Below the pieces are notes generated by a model. That model ran no database searches. It saw only the letters and a list, made by a program, of their open reading frames with translations, and had not been told where the DNA came from. From Candidatus Enterousia sp. (GTDB lineage Bacteria > Pseudomonadota > Alphaproteobacteria > Rs-D84), in contig JAZROY010000001.1 in the NCBI GenBank assembly GCA_045648925.1, positions 8,841 to 72,840 of the forward strand: DNA of 64,000 nucleotides, given 5' to 3'. Below are positions 1 to 9,856 of the stretch, in pieces; the first letter of the stretch is position 1; each line of letters opens with the position of its first letter. The translations under genes were made by a program, and so were the position numbers.

Positions 1-1
1 A

Positions 2-379
2 TTTGACGGAACTGCCCAGCGCAGCGAATATTGGTTTTCTGTGCTATTTTTGTTCTTGGTTGAAATGGCATTTACTGTTTTGACATCTGCTATACCTTTT
101 GTGGGGCTTTTATATTGGGTATGGTCGTTGGCGATAATTATACCATGTCTAAGTTTGTGCGCCCGCAGATTACATGATGCCGGTTTTTCTGCAAAATGGT
201 TGGTGGCTTTTTGGGCATGTTTGTTGTTCGGGTTTGGACTGGTGTTCCTGGGCAAATTAACAGTGATGTTCTTTTTACTTTCTGAATTGTTGTTGATTGC
301 TTCTGGAATAATCGGAATATTCTTGTTCATTACATCTTTGTTGCCATCAAAATTTAAAGATAATAAATATCGTAGATAA
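2..379 (+). CDS. DUF805-family small inner-membrane protein (YhaH-like), 5'-truncated at window edge
   Basis: The reading frame is open from the window start and encodes ...RSEYWFSVLF, matching the R-x-EYW motif. It has two hydrophobic helices and an RRLHD motif typical of DUF805. It ends just before a rho-independent terminator. Confidence 0.6.
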   Translation, partial: FDGTAQRSEYWFSVLFLFLVEMAFTVLTSAIPFVGLLYWVWSLAIIIPCLSLCARRLHDAGFSAKWLVAFWACLLFGFGLVFLGKLTVMFFLLSELLLIASGIIGIFLFITSLLPSKFKDNKYRR

Positions 380-380
380 A

Positions 381-406
381 AAAGCGCCGTTTGGCGCTTT
401 TTTACT
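381..406. terminator. bidirectional rho-independent terminator (agcgcc-gttt-ggcgct followed by a T-run) between the DUF805 gene and rnhA
   Basis: A perfect 6-bp stem is flanked by an A-run and a T-run. Confidence 0.7.
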
Positions 407-830
407 TATAACTTTCTGCGGCGCCGCGTGCCAAACAATCAACGCGTTCGTTAAATTCTTCGCCGGCATGCCCCTTTACCCAGACCCAATGAATTTTAAT
501 CGTTCTTGCCAATTCATCCAGTTCTTGCCATAATTCTTTGTTCTTTACAGGTTTTTTATCAGATGTTTTCCAGCCCCTGGCTTTCCAATTTTTAATCCAA
601 GATTGCATGCCGTTTTTGACATATTGGCTGTCTGTGTGAATTTCGATTTCTTTGTGTTTTTTTGCCGCACGCAAAGCCCGTATTACCGCGGTCAATTCCA
701 TTTTATTGTTGGTTGTATTTTTTTCGCCACCACAACGTTCTGCAATATGTATTCCATCCGTAGCAATAAATCCCCATCCGCCAGGACCAGGGTTGCCCAA
801 ACAACTGCCGTCTGTCCAAATTTTTAGCAT
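402..830 (-). CDS. rnhA: ribonuclease HI
   Basis: The protein reads MLKIWTDGSCLGNPGPGGWG...TDSQYV...GHAGEEFNERVDCLAR, the canonical RNase H fold with its DEDD residues. The ORF is open upstream to 887, but Met20 (MLKIW) matches the usual RnhA N-terminus. Confidence 0.9.
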   Translation of the reverse strand: MLKIWTDGSCLGNPGPGGWGFIATDGIHIAERCGGEKNTTNNKMELTAVIRALRAAKKHKEIEIHTDSQYVKNGMQSWIKNWKARGWKTSDKKPVKNKELWQELDELARTIKIHWVWVKGHAGEEFNERVDCLARGAAESYK

Positions 831-866
831 TTTATTATCGTCCTTTTTGTGATATAATATCATAAA

Positions 867-2642
867 ATGAAGTTTAATGCCAAACAATTACAACAGATGT
901 CTAATGCAGCGCGCAGTGGCGCGTTGTCTGCGGTGCTTTCTGCGCACAGTGGACATGTTGGAATAATTTTGGATGCATCAGAAATGATGACGGTTATATT
1001 TGCAAACCATTTGAATCGCGGTATTGACCGATTCGTTTTATCTGCGGGACATGGGTCTGCGTTGCTTTATTCTGTGTTAAAATTGTCTGGTTATAAAATT
1101 GGGAATTTAAATAGTTTCCGAAAAATTGGTGGATTGCCAGGACACCCAGAATTTGGAATTGATGGTGTTGATGCGACAACTGGTCCATTGGGTCAGGGTG
1201 TTGGTAATGCTGTTGGTTTCGCGTTGGCACAAAAAATTCGCGGGGTTCGTGCACATACTTTTTGCGTGGTTTCAGATGGCGATTTAATGGAAGGTGTATC
1301 ATTCGAATCGCTTTCATTAGCAGGGCGTTTAAATCTGGACAATTTAATCGTGTTATGGGACGATAACAAATTATCCATAGACGGCGTTGCACAAACAGAT
1401 CTGGATGTTAATGCGCGTATGCGCTCGCTTGGGTTTAATGTGATGTCTGTGCGTGGAAATGATGTTGATGCAATTGATCGTGCTTTGGAAAGGGCGGAAA
1501 AATCTACGCGGCCTGTTTTTATACAATGTAAAAATGTTTTGGGACGCGGGTGTAAATTGGAAAACGATGCGCGCGCGCATGGGTTTGCACTATCTGATAC
1601 AGAAATGTTGTCGCTGATTTCAAAAAATACGGATAGTGATGGTTTACATTTGTGGGAAACTGTGGCAAAACGACCTTTTGCACCGAAAAGCAAATCTGTT
1701 ATTGCATTGCCGCGTGTTCGGTTGCCAAAAACACCAGATAATATTTCTACGCGGGAATTGTCTGGGATATATCTTGATTTATTGATGCGCATGGGTTGCG
1801 ATTTAATAACTGGTTCTGCAGATTTGGCGGAAAATACTCATGTTAAAACATCTGTGTCAAAGGTTATAAGTGCAAACAAATTTAATGGTAATTTTATAAA
1901 TTATGGTGTGCGTGAACATGGAATGGCGGCGATTGCTAATGGTATAACGGCGGATGGATTGCGCGCGGTCGTATCCACTTTCTTGGTGTTCAGCGATTAT
2001 ATGCGACCATCGATTCGAATCGCTGCATTGTCTGGGTTGCCGGTTATATATGTTTTTTCGCATGATAGTATTGCTGTGGGTGAAGATGGACCAACGCATC
2101 AGCCGATTGAACAATTACCATCACTTCGTTTAATCCCGAATCTTAATGTGTATCGTCCATGTAATATGACAGAGGTGGCATATGCCTGGAACGAATCGAT
2201 TCGTGATGGTGAACATCCATCCGCTATTGTTTTATCGCGACAAAAGTTTAAACAGATTACAACACCGTCCGATTCGAATTTGGCGCGGGGCGGATATGTA
2301 ATTTATCCTGCTAAATCTGGTCGTGCGAAAACAACTTTGGTTGCCAGCGGTAGTGAGGTTCCCTTGGCGGTCGAAATCGCATCGCGTTTTAAGAATGTTC
2401 AGGTTGTGTCCATGTTGAATCTTGGCGCTTTTCGCGAACAAGATGAAAAATATAAAAAAGAAATCTTACGCGGATGCGTGATTGCTATTGAAGCAGCAGC
2501 ACCGTCCCCGTGGTTTGAATTTGCAGATGCGGTGATTGGTGTTGACAAGTTCGGAAAATCTGGTAAAGGTGAAGATGTATATCGCGAATACGGATTCGAT
2601 GTTGATAAAATAATCAGTGAAATAAAAAAGTGCATAAGATAA
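867..2642 (+). CDS. tkt: transketolase
   Basis: It carries the SGHVG thiamine-diphosphate motif (SGHxG), GDG/DGDLMEG, and a C-terminal transketolase domain. It is 591 aa. Confidence 0.85.
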   Translation: MKFNAKQLQQMSNAARSGALSAVLSAHSGHVGIILDASEMMTVIFANHLNRGIDRFVLSAGHGSALLYSVLKLSGYKIGNLNSFRKIGGLPGHPEFGIDGVDATTGPLGQGVGNAVGFALAQKIRGVRAHTFCVVSDGDLMEGVSFESLSLAGRLNLDNLIVLWDDNKLSIDGVAQTDLDVNARMRSLGFNVMSVRGNDVDAIDRALERAEKSTRPVFIQCKNVLGRGCKLENDARAHGFALSDTEMLSLISKNTDSDGLHLWETVAKRPFAPKSKSVIALPRVRLPKTPDNISTRELSGIYLDLLMRMGCDLITGSADLAENTHVKTSVSKVISANKFNGNFINYGVREHGMAAIANGITADGLRAVVSTFLVFSDYMRPSIRIAALSGLPVIYVFSHDSIAVGEDGPTHQPIEQLPSLRLIPNLNVYRPCNMTEVAYAWNESIRDGEHPSAIVLSRQKFKQITTPSDSNLARGGYVIYPAKSGRAKTTLVASGSEVPLAVEIASRFKNVQVVSMLNLGAFREQDEKYKKEILRGCVIAIEAAAPSPWFEFADAVIGVDKFGKSGKGEDVYREYGFDVDKIISEIKKCIR

Positions 2643-2650
2643 TTTAAATA

Positions 2651-3355
2651 ATGTCAGAAGAACATATTTTCATTTTAACGAATGGTCAAAAAATTCCGGT
2701 TATAATAAACAATCGTCGCGGTGCGCATAATGTGACACTGCGCCCAAAGATTGGGAAAAATCCAGAAATTCATATTTCAAAACCATGGATGACTTCGACT
2801 AGTTTTGTTTTGAAATTTTTGGAATCTAAACGCAAATGGGTGGAAAAAGTTTTTGATGCCATGCCACAAAAAGAAGAAATAAAACCAGGAATGACAATTG
2901 AATTTTTGGGGCGAAATGTAAAATTGATGCACGATGGTGGGTTGCGCGGGAATTGCTATACAAACGAAGAAAAAACAATTCTTTGTATTGGGGGTGGGGC
3001 GGATATGTTTGAACGACGTGTTCGCGATTTTGTCAAAGAAGAGTTGTTGGAAGAAATAAAAATAATAATAAAAACTACCCCGCGTGAATATTGGCCGCGC
3101 CATATAACTTTGCGGGACACAAGTTCGCGTTGGGGTTCGTGTTCTGCAACTGGGAATGTTTCTTTTTCTTGGCGGCTTGCATTTGCGCCGTATGAAGTTA
3201 TGCGATATGTGGTGATGCACGAACTTTCGCACAGGAAGCATATGGATCATTCAAAAGAATTTTGGGCGAATGTAAGTGAACTTTACGGTTTTGGTGTGGA
3301 AAGGGCAAAAAGATGGCTTTCCCAAAACGGTCAAAGTTTGCAAAGGTATTTTTGA
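2651..3355 (+). CDS. YgjP/DUF45-family M48-like zinc metallohydrolase
   Basis: The C-terminal region W-R-L-A-F-A-P...YVVMHELSHRKHMDHSKEFW is the characteristic HExxH-containing block of DUF45/YgjP. Confidence 0.75.
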   Translation: MSEEHIFILTNGQKIPVIINNRRGAHNVTLRPKIGKNPEIHISKPWMTSTSFVLKFLESKRKWVEKVFDAMPQKEEIKPGMTIEFLGRNVKLMHDGGLRGNCYTNEEKTILCIGGGADMFERRVRDFVKEELLEEIKIIIKTTPREYWPRHITLRDTSSRWGSCSATGNVSFSWRLAFAPYEVMRYVVMHELSHRKHMDHSKEFWANVSELYGFGVERAKRWLSQNGQSLQRYF

Positions 3356-3523
3356 GTTCTCCTCCGTTGGATGAGTACCGGCAGAGCCGGGGAGGGTTGA
3401 ATTTTTATATCTTCGCATTTGTTATATGCCAACCCAACGAAATCATAATTAAACATAAAAAACTATTTGCACGGGTATCAAAATTGTGATAAAATAAGTT
3501 TATAAAAAGGAAAGGATGTAGAT

Positions 3524-4948
3524 ATGAAAAAAATCTTTTTGTTTTCATTGATTATGTGTGTGGGTATTGTCGATGCTGGTTTTGCTGGAAATTGCACAAT
3601 GAGTAATCAAATCGGTAGTTTGCGTGATAGTATCGTTTTTGGGGGTGCTGGTGATCAAGGGTTGTTTTGTGGTGCCAGTGGCGCAAAGACGTGTAATTAC
3701 AGTGACTTTGTCTTAATAAAAGGCAAACATAGTGTGGGTAAAGGAACAAATGCTTGGAATGCAGTAGAAGATTTTCGGGTCTATAAATGTGTAGATGTTA
3801 GTGGTTCTATTGATGACTGGCAAACAGGCCATGAGGGGGAGTTGCAGTCATGTGATAAGAATAAGCATAAAGGGTGGAAAGAAGCAGGGCGTGATGACAA
3901 TTATGTGTATCTTACGAGTAAAAAAATAGAATCATATGGTTCGGTTGGTTTTGTCGCTGGCGCTAAAACAGGTATGTGTAGGATTGCAACTAGTATGTAC
4001 AATCCTAATGATTTTTGTGATACTTGTGGTGGAAACTCAGATCCAACTCCAAATCCGACAAAAAAAACATGTAAAGATTTATACAAAGGGTATTCGGAAC
4101 GCATCAGATGTTGCGAAGCTGGTAAGGCAACCTATTGGGAACCAAAAAATGATTTAAAAAATGGTAAATGCCATTGTTATGACAAGACAACAAACTGGGA
4201 TTCAAAAACTGGTAAATGTGTTAAACAAGCACATGTTTCTTGTGAAGATACTTATAAAGGTAACGCAGAAGCTATTGCTTGCTGTGAAGCCGGTGAAAAC
4301 TGGATAAATGGTAAATGTGAATGTACTGATGAAAACAAAGTGTGGGATTCCAAATTGAAAAAATGTGTGGAAAATGCTACGCCAGTTTCACCCTGTACAC
4401 AAAAAGATTGCAAAGATACCTGTAATGTGACAATAAACGAATCCATAAAATGTAACAATGGGAAGAAGTTTGAAAGCAAAAAAACAGTTAAAGTTTGCAA
4501 AGAATGCGTAGAACAACAAAATATGACTTGCGATCAATATCAAGAAACAATTAATAAATGTGAAGATTTAAAATGTATTGAAAATAGATTAAAACAGTTG
4601 ACAGAGATTGATAAGTTGTTAAGGGAATGGTGTGGTGCTGGGTATTCAACAACAACACCTGATAACGGTGCGCAAATAAACGCGGCAAAAAGCAAAATAT
4701 CTTCGTTCTTTAGTAGTGCGGAAAGCAGTGCAAGTGTTTGGAAAGATAAAGATGGTAATTTCAATACTGCGCGTCTGGCATCTGATTTGACCGCTGGTGT
4801 GGTGCTTGGAACCGTTGGTGGTGTCGTTTCCGGTGTCGTTATCAAAAAGAAACAAGTTGAAAAAGGTTTTGATGCCCTGCATTGCACAGTCGGTGGACAA
4901 ACGGTCGCTGATTGGGGTGATATATTCAATGTAGGTTTAAGAAGATAG
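3524..4948 (+). CDS. cysteine-rich secreted/surface protein with internal ~50-aa Cys repeats and a C-terminal transmembrane anchor (unknown family)
   Basis: It has a Sec signal peptide (MKKIFLFSLIMCVGIVDA). The protein is 474 aa with about 40 Cys. A repeated module reads ...YKG..E.I.CCEAG...W.....K.GKC.C.D....WDSK..KCV. A Gly/Val-rich hydrophobic helix precedes a KKK stop-transfer near the C-terminus. A terminator follows. Confidence 0.6.
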   Translation: MKKIFLFSLIMCVGIVDAGFAGNCTMSNQIGSLRDSIVFGGAGDQGLFCGASGAKTCNYSDFVLIKGKHSVGKGTNAWNAVEDFRVYKCVDVSGSIDDWQTGHEGELQSCDKNKHKGWKEAGRDDNYVYLTSKKIESYGSVGFVAGAKTGMCRIATSMYNPNDFCDTCGGNSDPTPNPTKKTCKDLYKGYSERIRCCEAGKATYWEPKNDLKNGKCHCYDKTTNWDSKTGKCVKQAHVSCEDTYKGNAEAIACCEAGENWINGKCECTDENKVWDSKLKKCVENATPVSPCTQKDCKDTCNVTINESIKCNNGKKFESKKTVKVCKECVEQQNMTCDQYQETINKCEDLKCIENRLKQLTEIDKLLREWCGAGYSTTTPDNGAQINAAKSKISSFFSSAESSASVWKDKDGNFNTARLASDLTAGVVLGTVGGVVSGVVIKKKQVEKGFDALHCTVGGQTVADWGDIFNVGLRR

Positions 4949-4950
4949 TA

Positions 4951-4979
4951 AAAAAAACCGCGTTTCCGCGGTTTTTTTA
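4951..4979 (+). terminator. rho-independent terminator (accgcg-tttc-cgcggt followed by T7)
   Basis: A perfect hairpin plus T-run lies directly after the 3524-4948 CDS. Confidence 0.75.
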
Positions 4980-5165
4980 TTTGCTTTTCAAAAAATGTTT
5001 ATTACAATATTGGTGTTATGATTAAAAAATTTGTATCTTTGTCATTTCAATTACATCACGCGGCGCGCGCCGTGTGTCTCTAGCTATTCTTTAATTTTTA
5101 TGATATAATTCTGTTGAAATAAACAGTTTCTTTCAATTTGGTTTTTATAAATAAAGGATAAAAAA

Positions 5166-6467
5166 ATGGATTTAAAACCAACAAAACCGCTATCGGGATT
5201 CATAGAACTGTTGCCAGCCCAGCAACGGTGTTTCGATTATTGCGCAAATAAAATGCAAAATGTTTTGCAACTTGCTGGTTTTTCTTTACTTGATTTGCCG
5301 GCGATTGAACGTGCAGAGGTTTTAACTGATAAAGATAATTGGGACGAAATTGAAACCCAAATGTTCTTGTTTCAAAAAGGCGATACAAAAATGGGTTTGC
5401 GTTACGACGGAACTGTTGGGTTGTCGCGATATGTTGCGGGTCATCTGAATAATCTGGTCTTTCCATTTCGTGCATCACAGTTTTCAAAACGGTATCGTGG
5501 TGAACGCGCACAAAGGGGACGTTATCGCGAATTTTACCAAATGGATTTGGATATTATGGGGATAAATTCTTTGTCCACGAATTATGATGCAGAAATTATT
5601 TCTGTAATTGGTGCCGCATTAGATTCTGTTGCTGAATTTATCGGCGCGAGTGAAGTGCGCGTTGGTTCGCGCCCATTTTGGGATGCTTTGTTCGATTATC
5701 TGGAATTAAACGAAAAGCAGAAAAAAGAAATTTTTGTGTTGATAGATAAAAAAGACAAAATGGGCGATGATGACTTTGCCGATGGTTTGAAAGAGTTTTT
5801 AAACAACCCAGACAAAGAAAATATAATTAAATCGGTATTCGCGGATGGGTATAAAAAGTTTGTAAAAAAATCTGAAAAATTAGATGCCGCAATCGCAGAA
5901 TTAACTGATTTTATGAAAGTTTTGGACGGCATGGGGGTTAAAAACGCAATCATAGATTTATCTATTGCGCGTGGTTTGGCTTATTATACTGGTTTGGTAT
6001 TTGAATTTAAATTGATTAATCATCCAGAACTTGGCACTGCTGCGGGTGGTGGTCGTTATGCTGATTTGGCGGGTAAGTTTTCAAAAACAAAAATTATTGG
6101 TGTTGGTGCTGCAATCGGTTTTTCAAGAATATTTGCATCTATGTTGGAAAACAATCAAATAGATTTAACAAGGTTTTCTGAACCAATCGATGTTGCAGTT
6201 TTGGTTATGGGCGATGAAAATTTACAGTATGCAATGCAGGTTTTAAATGAATTGCGTGGCGCGAATATTCCATCAGTCCCTTACCTTGATACAGATAAAA
6301 AGTTCAAAAATCAAATTGAATATGCTGATAAAATCGGTGCCAGATTCGCCGCGATTATTGGTGAAACGGAAGTCGTAAACAATGTTATCGCACTTAAAGA
6401 TATGAAATCTGGCAACCAAGAAACTTTGTCTTTGGCGGACGCAATCAAGAAAATAAAAGGCGCATAA
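5166..6467 (+). CDS. hisS: histidyl-tRNA synthetase
   Basis: Class II motif 2 (R-Y-R-E-F-Y-Q) and motif 3 ([10 protein letters not shown]) are present. A C-terminal anticodon-binding domain distinguishes it from HisZ. Confidence 0.8.
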   Translation: MDLKPTKPLSGFIELLPAQQRCFDYCANKMQNVLQLAGFSLLDLPAIERAEVLTDKDNWDEIETQMFLFQKGDTKMGLRYDGTVGLSRYVAGHLNNLVFPFRASQFSKRYRGERAQRGRYREFYQMDLDIMGINSLSTNYDAEIISVIGAALDSVAEFIGASEVRVGSRPFWDALFDYLELNEKQKKEIFVLIDKKDKMGDDDFADGLKEFLNNPDKENIIKSVFADGYKKFVKKSEKLDAAIAELTDFMKVLDGMGVKNAIIDLSIARGLAYYTGLVFEFKLINHPELGTAAGGGRYADLAGKFSKTKIIGVGAAIGFSRIFASMLENNQIDLTRFSEPIDVAVLVMGDENLQYAMQVLNELRGANIPSVPYLDTDKKFKNQIEYADKIGARFAAIIGETEVVNNVIALKDMKSGNQETLSLADAIKKIKGA

Positions 6468-6468
6468 T

Positions 6469-7533
6469 ATGATTATTGAACAAAAGTTGTTGGATATCAA
6501 AGCGCGCGCCAAAGATATTGAAACCAAAATGAATTCTGGTGATGTGGCTGGTGATGAATTGGCAAAATTGTCCAAAGAATATTCGCAATTGAATGAGATT
6601 TTGCCGTTGATAGACAAATATCTTCAAACGCAACAAGGAATAAAAGACGCTAATGAAATGTTGCATGACCCAGAATTGAAATCTATTGCAGCAGAACAAT
6701 TGGAAGAATTAAATCATACTTTGCCTGATTTAGAACGCGATTTGCAGATTGCGTTGCTTCCACGCGATGCGGCTGATGATAACAGCGCGATTGTTGAAAT
6801 TCGTGCCGGGGTAGGTGGTGAAGAATCTGCGCTTTTTGCTGGCGATTTATTCAATCAATATAAATCTTATGCTCTGCGCAAGGGGTGGAAAATAGAAATT
6901 ATCGAAGAAAATGCGACTTCGCTTCGTGGATATAAAGAAATTATCTTTAAAATTGATGGGGTGGGGGCTTATGCCCGTATGAAATTCGAATCTGGAATTC
7001 ACCGTGTACAACGTGTCCCCGAAACCGAGGCAAGTGGTCGTATTCATACTTCTGCTGCGTCTGTTGCCGTTATGCCAGAGGCCAAAGATATCGATGTTGT
7101 TATTGACGACAAAGATATTCGAATTGATATTTTCCGCGCGTCTGGGGCAGGTGGTCAGCATGTTAATAAAACAGATTCTGCGATTCGTATTACGCACTTT
7201 CCAACTGGTATAGTTGTGACATGCCAAAATGAAAGGTCGCAATTACAGAACAAGGCAACCGCCATGGCGGTCTTGCGTTCGCGTCTTTATGAAAAGCAAC
7301 GCAACGAACAGATGAACGCGTCAAATGCTTCGCGGCGCAGTATGGTTGGTTCTGGTGACAGAAGTGAGAAAATTCGGACATATAATTTCCCAGAACAACG
7401 CGTCACAGATCATCGTATAAAATTAACACTTTATAAATTGGATGATATATTGGCCGGCGGGGAAGGGCTGGATGAAATGATTGACGCATTAATCAGCGCC
7501 GATCAATTGGAAAGATTGGCAGCGATGAACTGA
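6469..7533 (+). CDS. prfA: peptide chain release factor 1
   Basis: It has the GGQ motif ([14 protein letters not shown]) and the RF1-type region RVQRVPETE...HTSAASV. It is 354 aa and starts 1 nt after the hisS stop. Confidence 0.9.
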   Translation: MIIEQKLLDIKARAKDIETKMNSGDVAGDELAKLSKEYSQLNEILPLIDKYLQTQQGIKDANEMLHDPELKSIAAEQLEELNHTLPDLERDLQIALLPRDAADDNSAIVEIRAGVGGEESALFAGDLFNQYKSYALRKGWKIEIIEENATSLRGYKEIIFKIDGVGAYARMKFESGIHRVQRVPETEASGRIHTSAASVAVMPEAKDIDVVIDDKDIRIDIFRASGAGGQHVNKTDSAIRITHFPTGIVVTCQNERSQLQNKATAMAVLRSRLYEKQRNEQMNASNASRRSMVGSGDRSEKIRTYNFPEQRVTDHRIKLTLYKLDDILAGGEGLDEMIDALISADQLERLAAMN

Positions 7534-7535
7534 TT

Positions 7536-7566
7536 AAAAAACGACCCAAATCGGGTCGTTTTTTAA
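7536..7566. terminator. bidirectional rho-independent terminator (acgaccc-aaat-cgggtcgt) shared by prfA (+) and the convergent OMP gene (-)
   Basis: The hairpin is flanked by an A6 run and a T6 run. Confidence 0.75.
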
Positions 7567-8573
7567 AACACATATTTTGCATTAAGATTGAAATCCCAAG
7601 AATTTAAACCGTCAAGTTGTCTGTGGACTTTGCCGCCCAAAACAAGATGATTGAAATTGTATTCAACATCAACACCAACATCTGTGTGGTTGCTCAGTTT
7701 TATTCCGTCAATCACAACACCATTGGCGCGTATATCATTGTCCCCGCCAAAGTGTGCAACATATTTCCCAGATAATGCGCCATACCAGTTATCTGAAATC
7801 TGTTTTATGAATTTTAGTGATGGTGCGATATTAAGGAAATTGTAATCGCGCGATGTAATTTTGTTGCCACCGATATACATGTCATCAGAAGACACCCAAG
7901 TGTATCCAATATAAACAGATGGTTTGATATAAAATGTGTCGTCTATTTTTAGATTAGCATAAGCATCTGTTGCTATGTTAAACCATGGATTGTTAGTGTG
8001 ACTGTTCAAAGACCCAATGTTTATCAATGTATGCGTGCCAAAGTTTTTATAAATGTAGTGTGAAAACATGCCCATTGCAGCGCCATCAGATTGCGTTCCT
8101 GATAGTTTTGAATGTATGTATGAAGCAAAACCACCAAACGATATAGCGCCATATCGCAATTCTGTGGATTTTATTGTTGCACCAATTGTTGTTAAACTGA
8201 TTTTAGAATGACTGGAAACATCATCTTGATAGTGTGTATCATTTGCGTTCAAATAATCGGCATTTAACCAAACATCTTTTATAAAAGAGTCCCGTTTCAA
8301 ATCTTTTGTGCCAGAAAATTTAAAGGTAGGGACTGTTGACCCATCGTCACCGTATTCGTCAACGCGGCGCATAGTTCCATAAACGCGTTCGTTTGAAAAC
8401 ATATCAAACATAGTTTCGCCATAATCTGTATATGACATAAATTTGTCTGACAATGCGTTAATGTTCATCGCAGATATATTGTTGTCATAAACAGAAGTTG
8501 CGTTCGCAGAATTTGTTAGCAAAGTCAACATGCCTGCCAATGCAGTAAAGCACAAATTAGATTTGATTTTCAT
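7563..8573 (-). CDS. outer-membrane beta-barrel protein (autotransporter beta-domain-like or porin-like), unknown family
   Basis: It has a signal peptide (MKIKSNLCFTALAGMLTLLTNSANA). The sequence shows alternating hydrophobic beta-strand patterning and a C-terminal ...LNAKYVF aromatic terminus, which is the typical BAM-recognition motif. Confidence 0.5.
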   Translation of the reverse strand: MKIKSNLCFTALAGMLTLLTNSANATSVYDNNISAMNINALSDKFMSYTDYGETMFDMFSNERVYGTMRRVDEYGDDGSTVPTFKFSGTKDLKRDSFIKDVWLNADYLNANDTHYQDDVSSHSKISLTTIGATIKSTELRYGAISFGGFASYIHSKLSGTQSDGAAMGMFSHYIYKNFGTHTLINIGSLNSHTNNPWFNIATDAYANLKIDDTFYIKPSVYIGYTWVSSDDMYIGGNKITSRDYNFLNIAPSLKFIKQISDNWYGALSGKYVAHFGGDNDIRANGVVIDGIKLSNHTDVGVDVEYNFNHLVLGGKVHRQLDGLNSWDFNLNAKYVF

Positions 8574-8662
8574 AATTCTCTCTTTTGTTGGTTATGGTAA
8601 TTATATCATATTTTTATTATTTTGTGAATTTTTTATTGTCTTATTTTTTGTTTTTATATAGA

Positions 8663-9244
8663 ATGAAAAACATGAGAAGTAAAAAGCAGATAGATTTAAC
8701 AAAACCAATTGTTATGGTTGGACTGATGGGGGCGGGTAAGACCAGTATCGGTCGCGCGTTGGCTCGTCATCTGGGGATACCTTTTATAGATTCCGATAAA
8801 GAGATAGAAAAAATTTCAGGGTGCAGTGTTGTCGATATTTTTTCGCTTTACGGTGAAAAAGAATTTAGACGCGTTGAAGAAAAAGTTATCGAAAGATTGA
8901 TAGACACACCACCTTTTATCAAAGTTATCTCTACTGGTGAGGGGGCTTTTATAACAGATGCCGTTCGGAAAACTGTTTTGGATAAATCGTTGACAATTTG
9001 GTTAAAGGCAGACCTGGAACTGCTTGTAAAAAGGACAAATTTTCGTCATACCCGTCCACAATTATTAAATACAGATTCGCGTAAAATATTGGCACAATTA
9101 ATAAAAGAACGTTATGATACTTATGCTTTGGCGGACATCACTGTTGAAACCGTTGATGAAAATATTCATAAAACACTTAACAAGGTTTTAAATGCAATTC
9201 AAGAACACAAAAACAACCCAAAAAAACAAAAGGAAACAAAATGA
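8663..9244 (+). CDS. aroK: shikimate kinase
   Basis: It has a P-loop (GLMGAGKTSIGRALA) and the shikimate-kinase core (IDSDKEIEK...G.SV.DIF...GE..FR..E). The six-frame ORF begins at 8585, but the upstream stretch is an AT-rich promoter-like extension. The start at MKNMRSKK is more plausible. Confidence 0.8.
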   Translation: MKNMRSKKQIDLTKPIVMVGLMGAGKTSIGRALARHLGIPFIDSDKEIEKISGCSVVDIFSLYGEKEFRRVEEKVIERLIDTPPFIKVISTGEGAFITDAVRKTVLDKSLTIWLKADLELLVKRTNFRHTRPQLLNTDSRKILAQLIKERYDTYALADITVETVDENIHKTLNKVLNAIQEHKNNPKKQKETK

Positions 9245-9792
9245 AACTTATTAAAGAATTTAAAACTTTTATTAACAGGGGAAGCGCCATCGATATGGCT
9301 GTCGGTATCATCGTTGGGTCTGTGATGACCAGCGTTGTTAATTCTTTGGTTAAAGATATTATTATGCCACCGGTTGGATTGTTGGTCGGTAATGTCGATT
9401 TTTCACAATGGTTTTATGTACTTAGTGGTGGCGAACCAGGTGTTCATTATAACACTATGGAAGCGGCAACTGCGGCTGGGGCTACTACATTGAATATGGG
9501 GACTTTTTTAAATACAGTAATCAGTTTCTTAATAACAATGTTCGCTGTATTTCTTATTGTCAAAATTGCAAATTCTGCCCGTGCAAAGGGACCTGTCACA
9601 ACACGCGCATGTCCGTATTGTCAGCAATCTATCAGTAAATTGGCAACAAAATGCCCTTATTGTTGTTCGGTCGTAAAAGCGGAAAAGATTGGCGAGGCAG
9701 AAGAAGCCGAATTAACCAAGGGGCTAAAATCACTAACCTCCAAGGTTGGAAAAGTTGCAAATGCGGCAAAAAAAGCGGCCAAAATCAAATAA
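9241..9792 (+). CDS. mscL: large-conductance mechanosensitive channel MscL with a C-terminal Cys4 (zinc-ribbon-like) extension
   Basis: The N-terminus (MKLIKEFKTFINRGSAIDMAVGIIVGSVMTSVVNSLVKDIIMPPVGLL) is a canonical MscL TM1. It is 183 aa against about 130-145 aa for typical MscL. The tail contains CPYCQQS...KCPYCCSV. Its start overlaps the aroK stop (ATGA). Confidence 0.8.
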   Translation: MKLIKEFKTFINRGSAIDMAVGIIVGSVMTSVVNSLVKDIIMPPVGLLVGNVDFSQWFYVLSGGEPGVHYNTMEAATAAGATTLNMGTFLNTVISFLITMFAVFLIVKIANSARAKGPVTTRACPYCQQSISKLATKCPYCCSVVKAEKIGEAEEAELTKGLKSLTSKVGKVANAAKKAAKIK

Positions 9793-9827
9793 TTAGCAGT
9801 TTTTATAGTTGTTTTTGTAAAATGTGA

Positions 9828-9856
9828 AATGCCGCCCGAAAAGGGCGGTTTTCTGC
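9828..9856 (+). terminator. rho-independent terminator after mscL (gccgccc-gaaaa-gggcggt followed by a T-run)
   Basis: A hairpin plus T-run lies 35 nt after the mscL stop. Confidence 0.6.

Noticed and set aside
994-2635. Several 69-199-aa ORFs on the minus strand inside tkt (994-1392, 1193-1792, 1371-1580, 1857-2114, 2232-2441, 2399-2635)
   Set aside because: They are antisense to a well-supported transketolase gene. Their protein composition is biased and His/Arg/Ser-rich, and they have no RBS or motif support. These are shadow ORFs.
8585-8662. N-terminal 26-codon extension of the aroK ORF (MLVMVIISYFYYFVNFLLSYFLFLYR)
   Set aside because: It is a Phe/Tyr/Leu-rich translation of an AT-rich promoter region. 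The conserved shikimate-kinase N-terminus begins at the internal Met at 8663.
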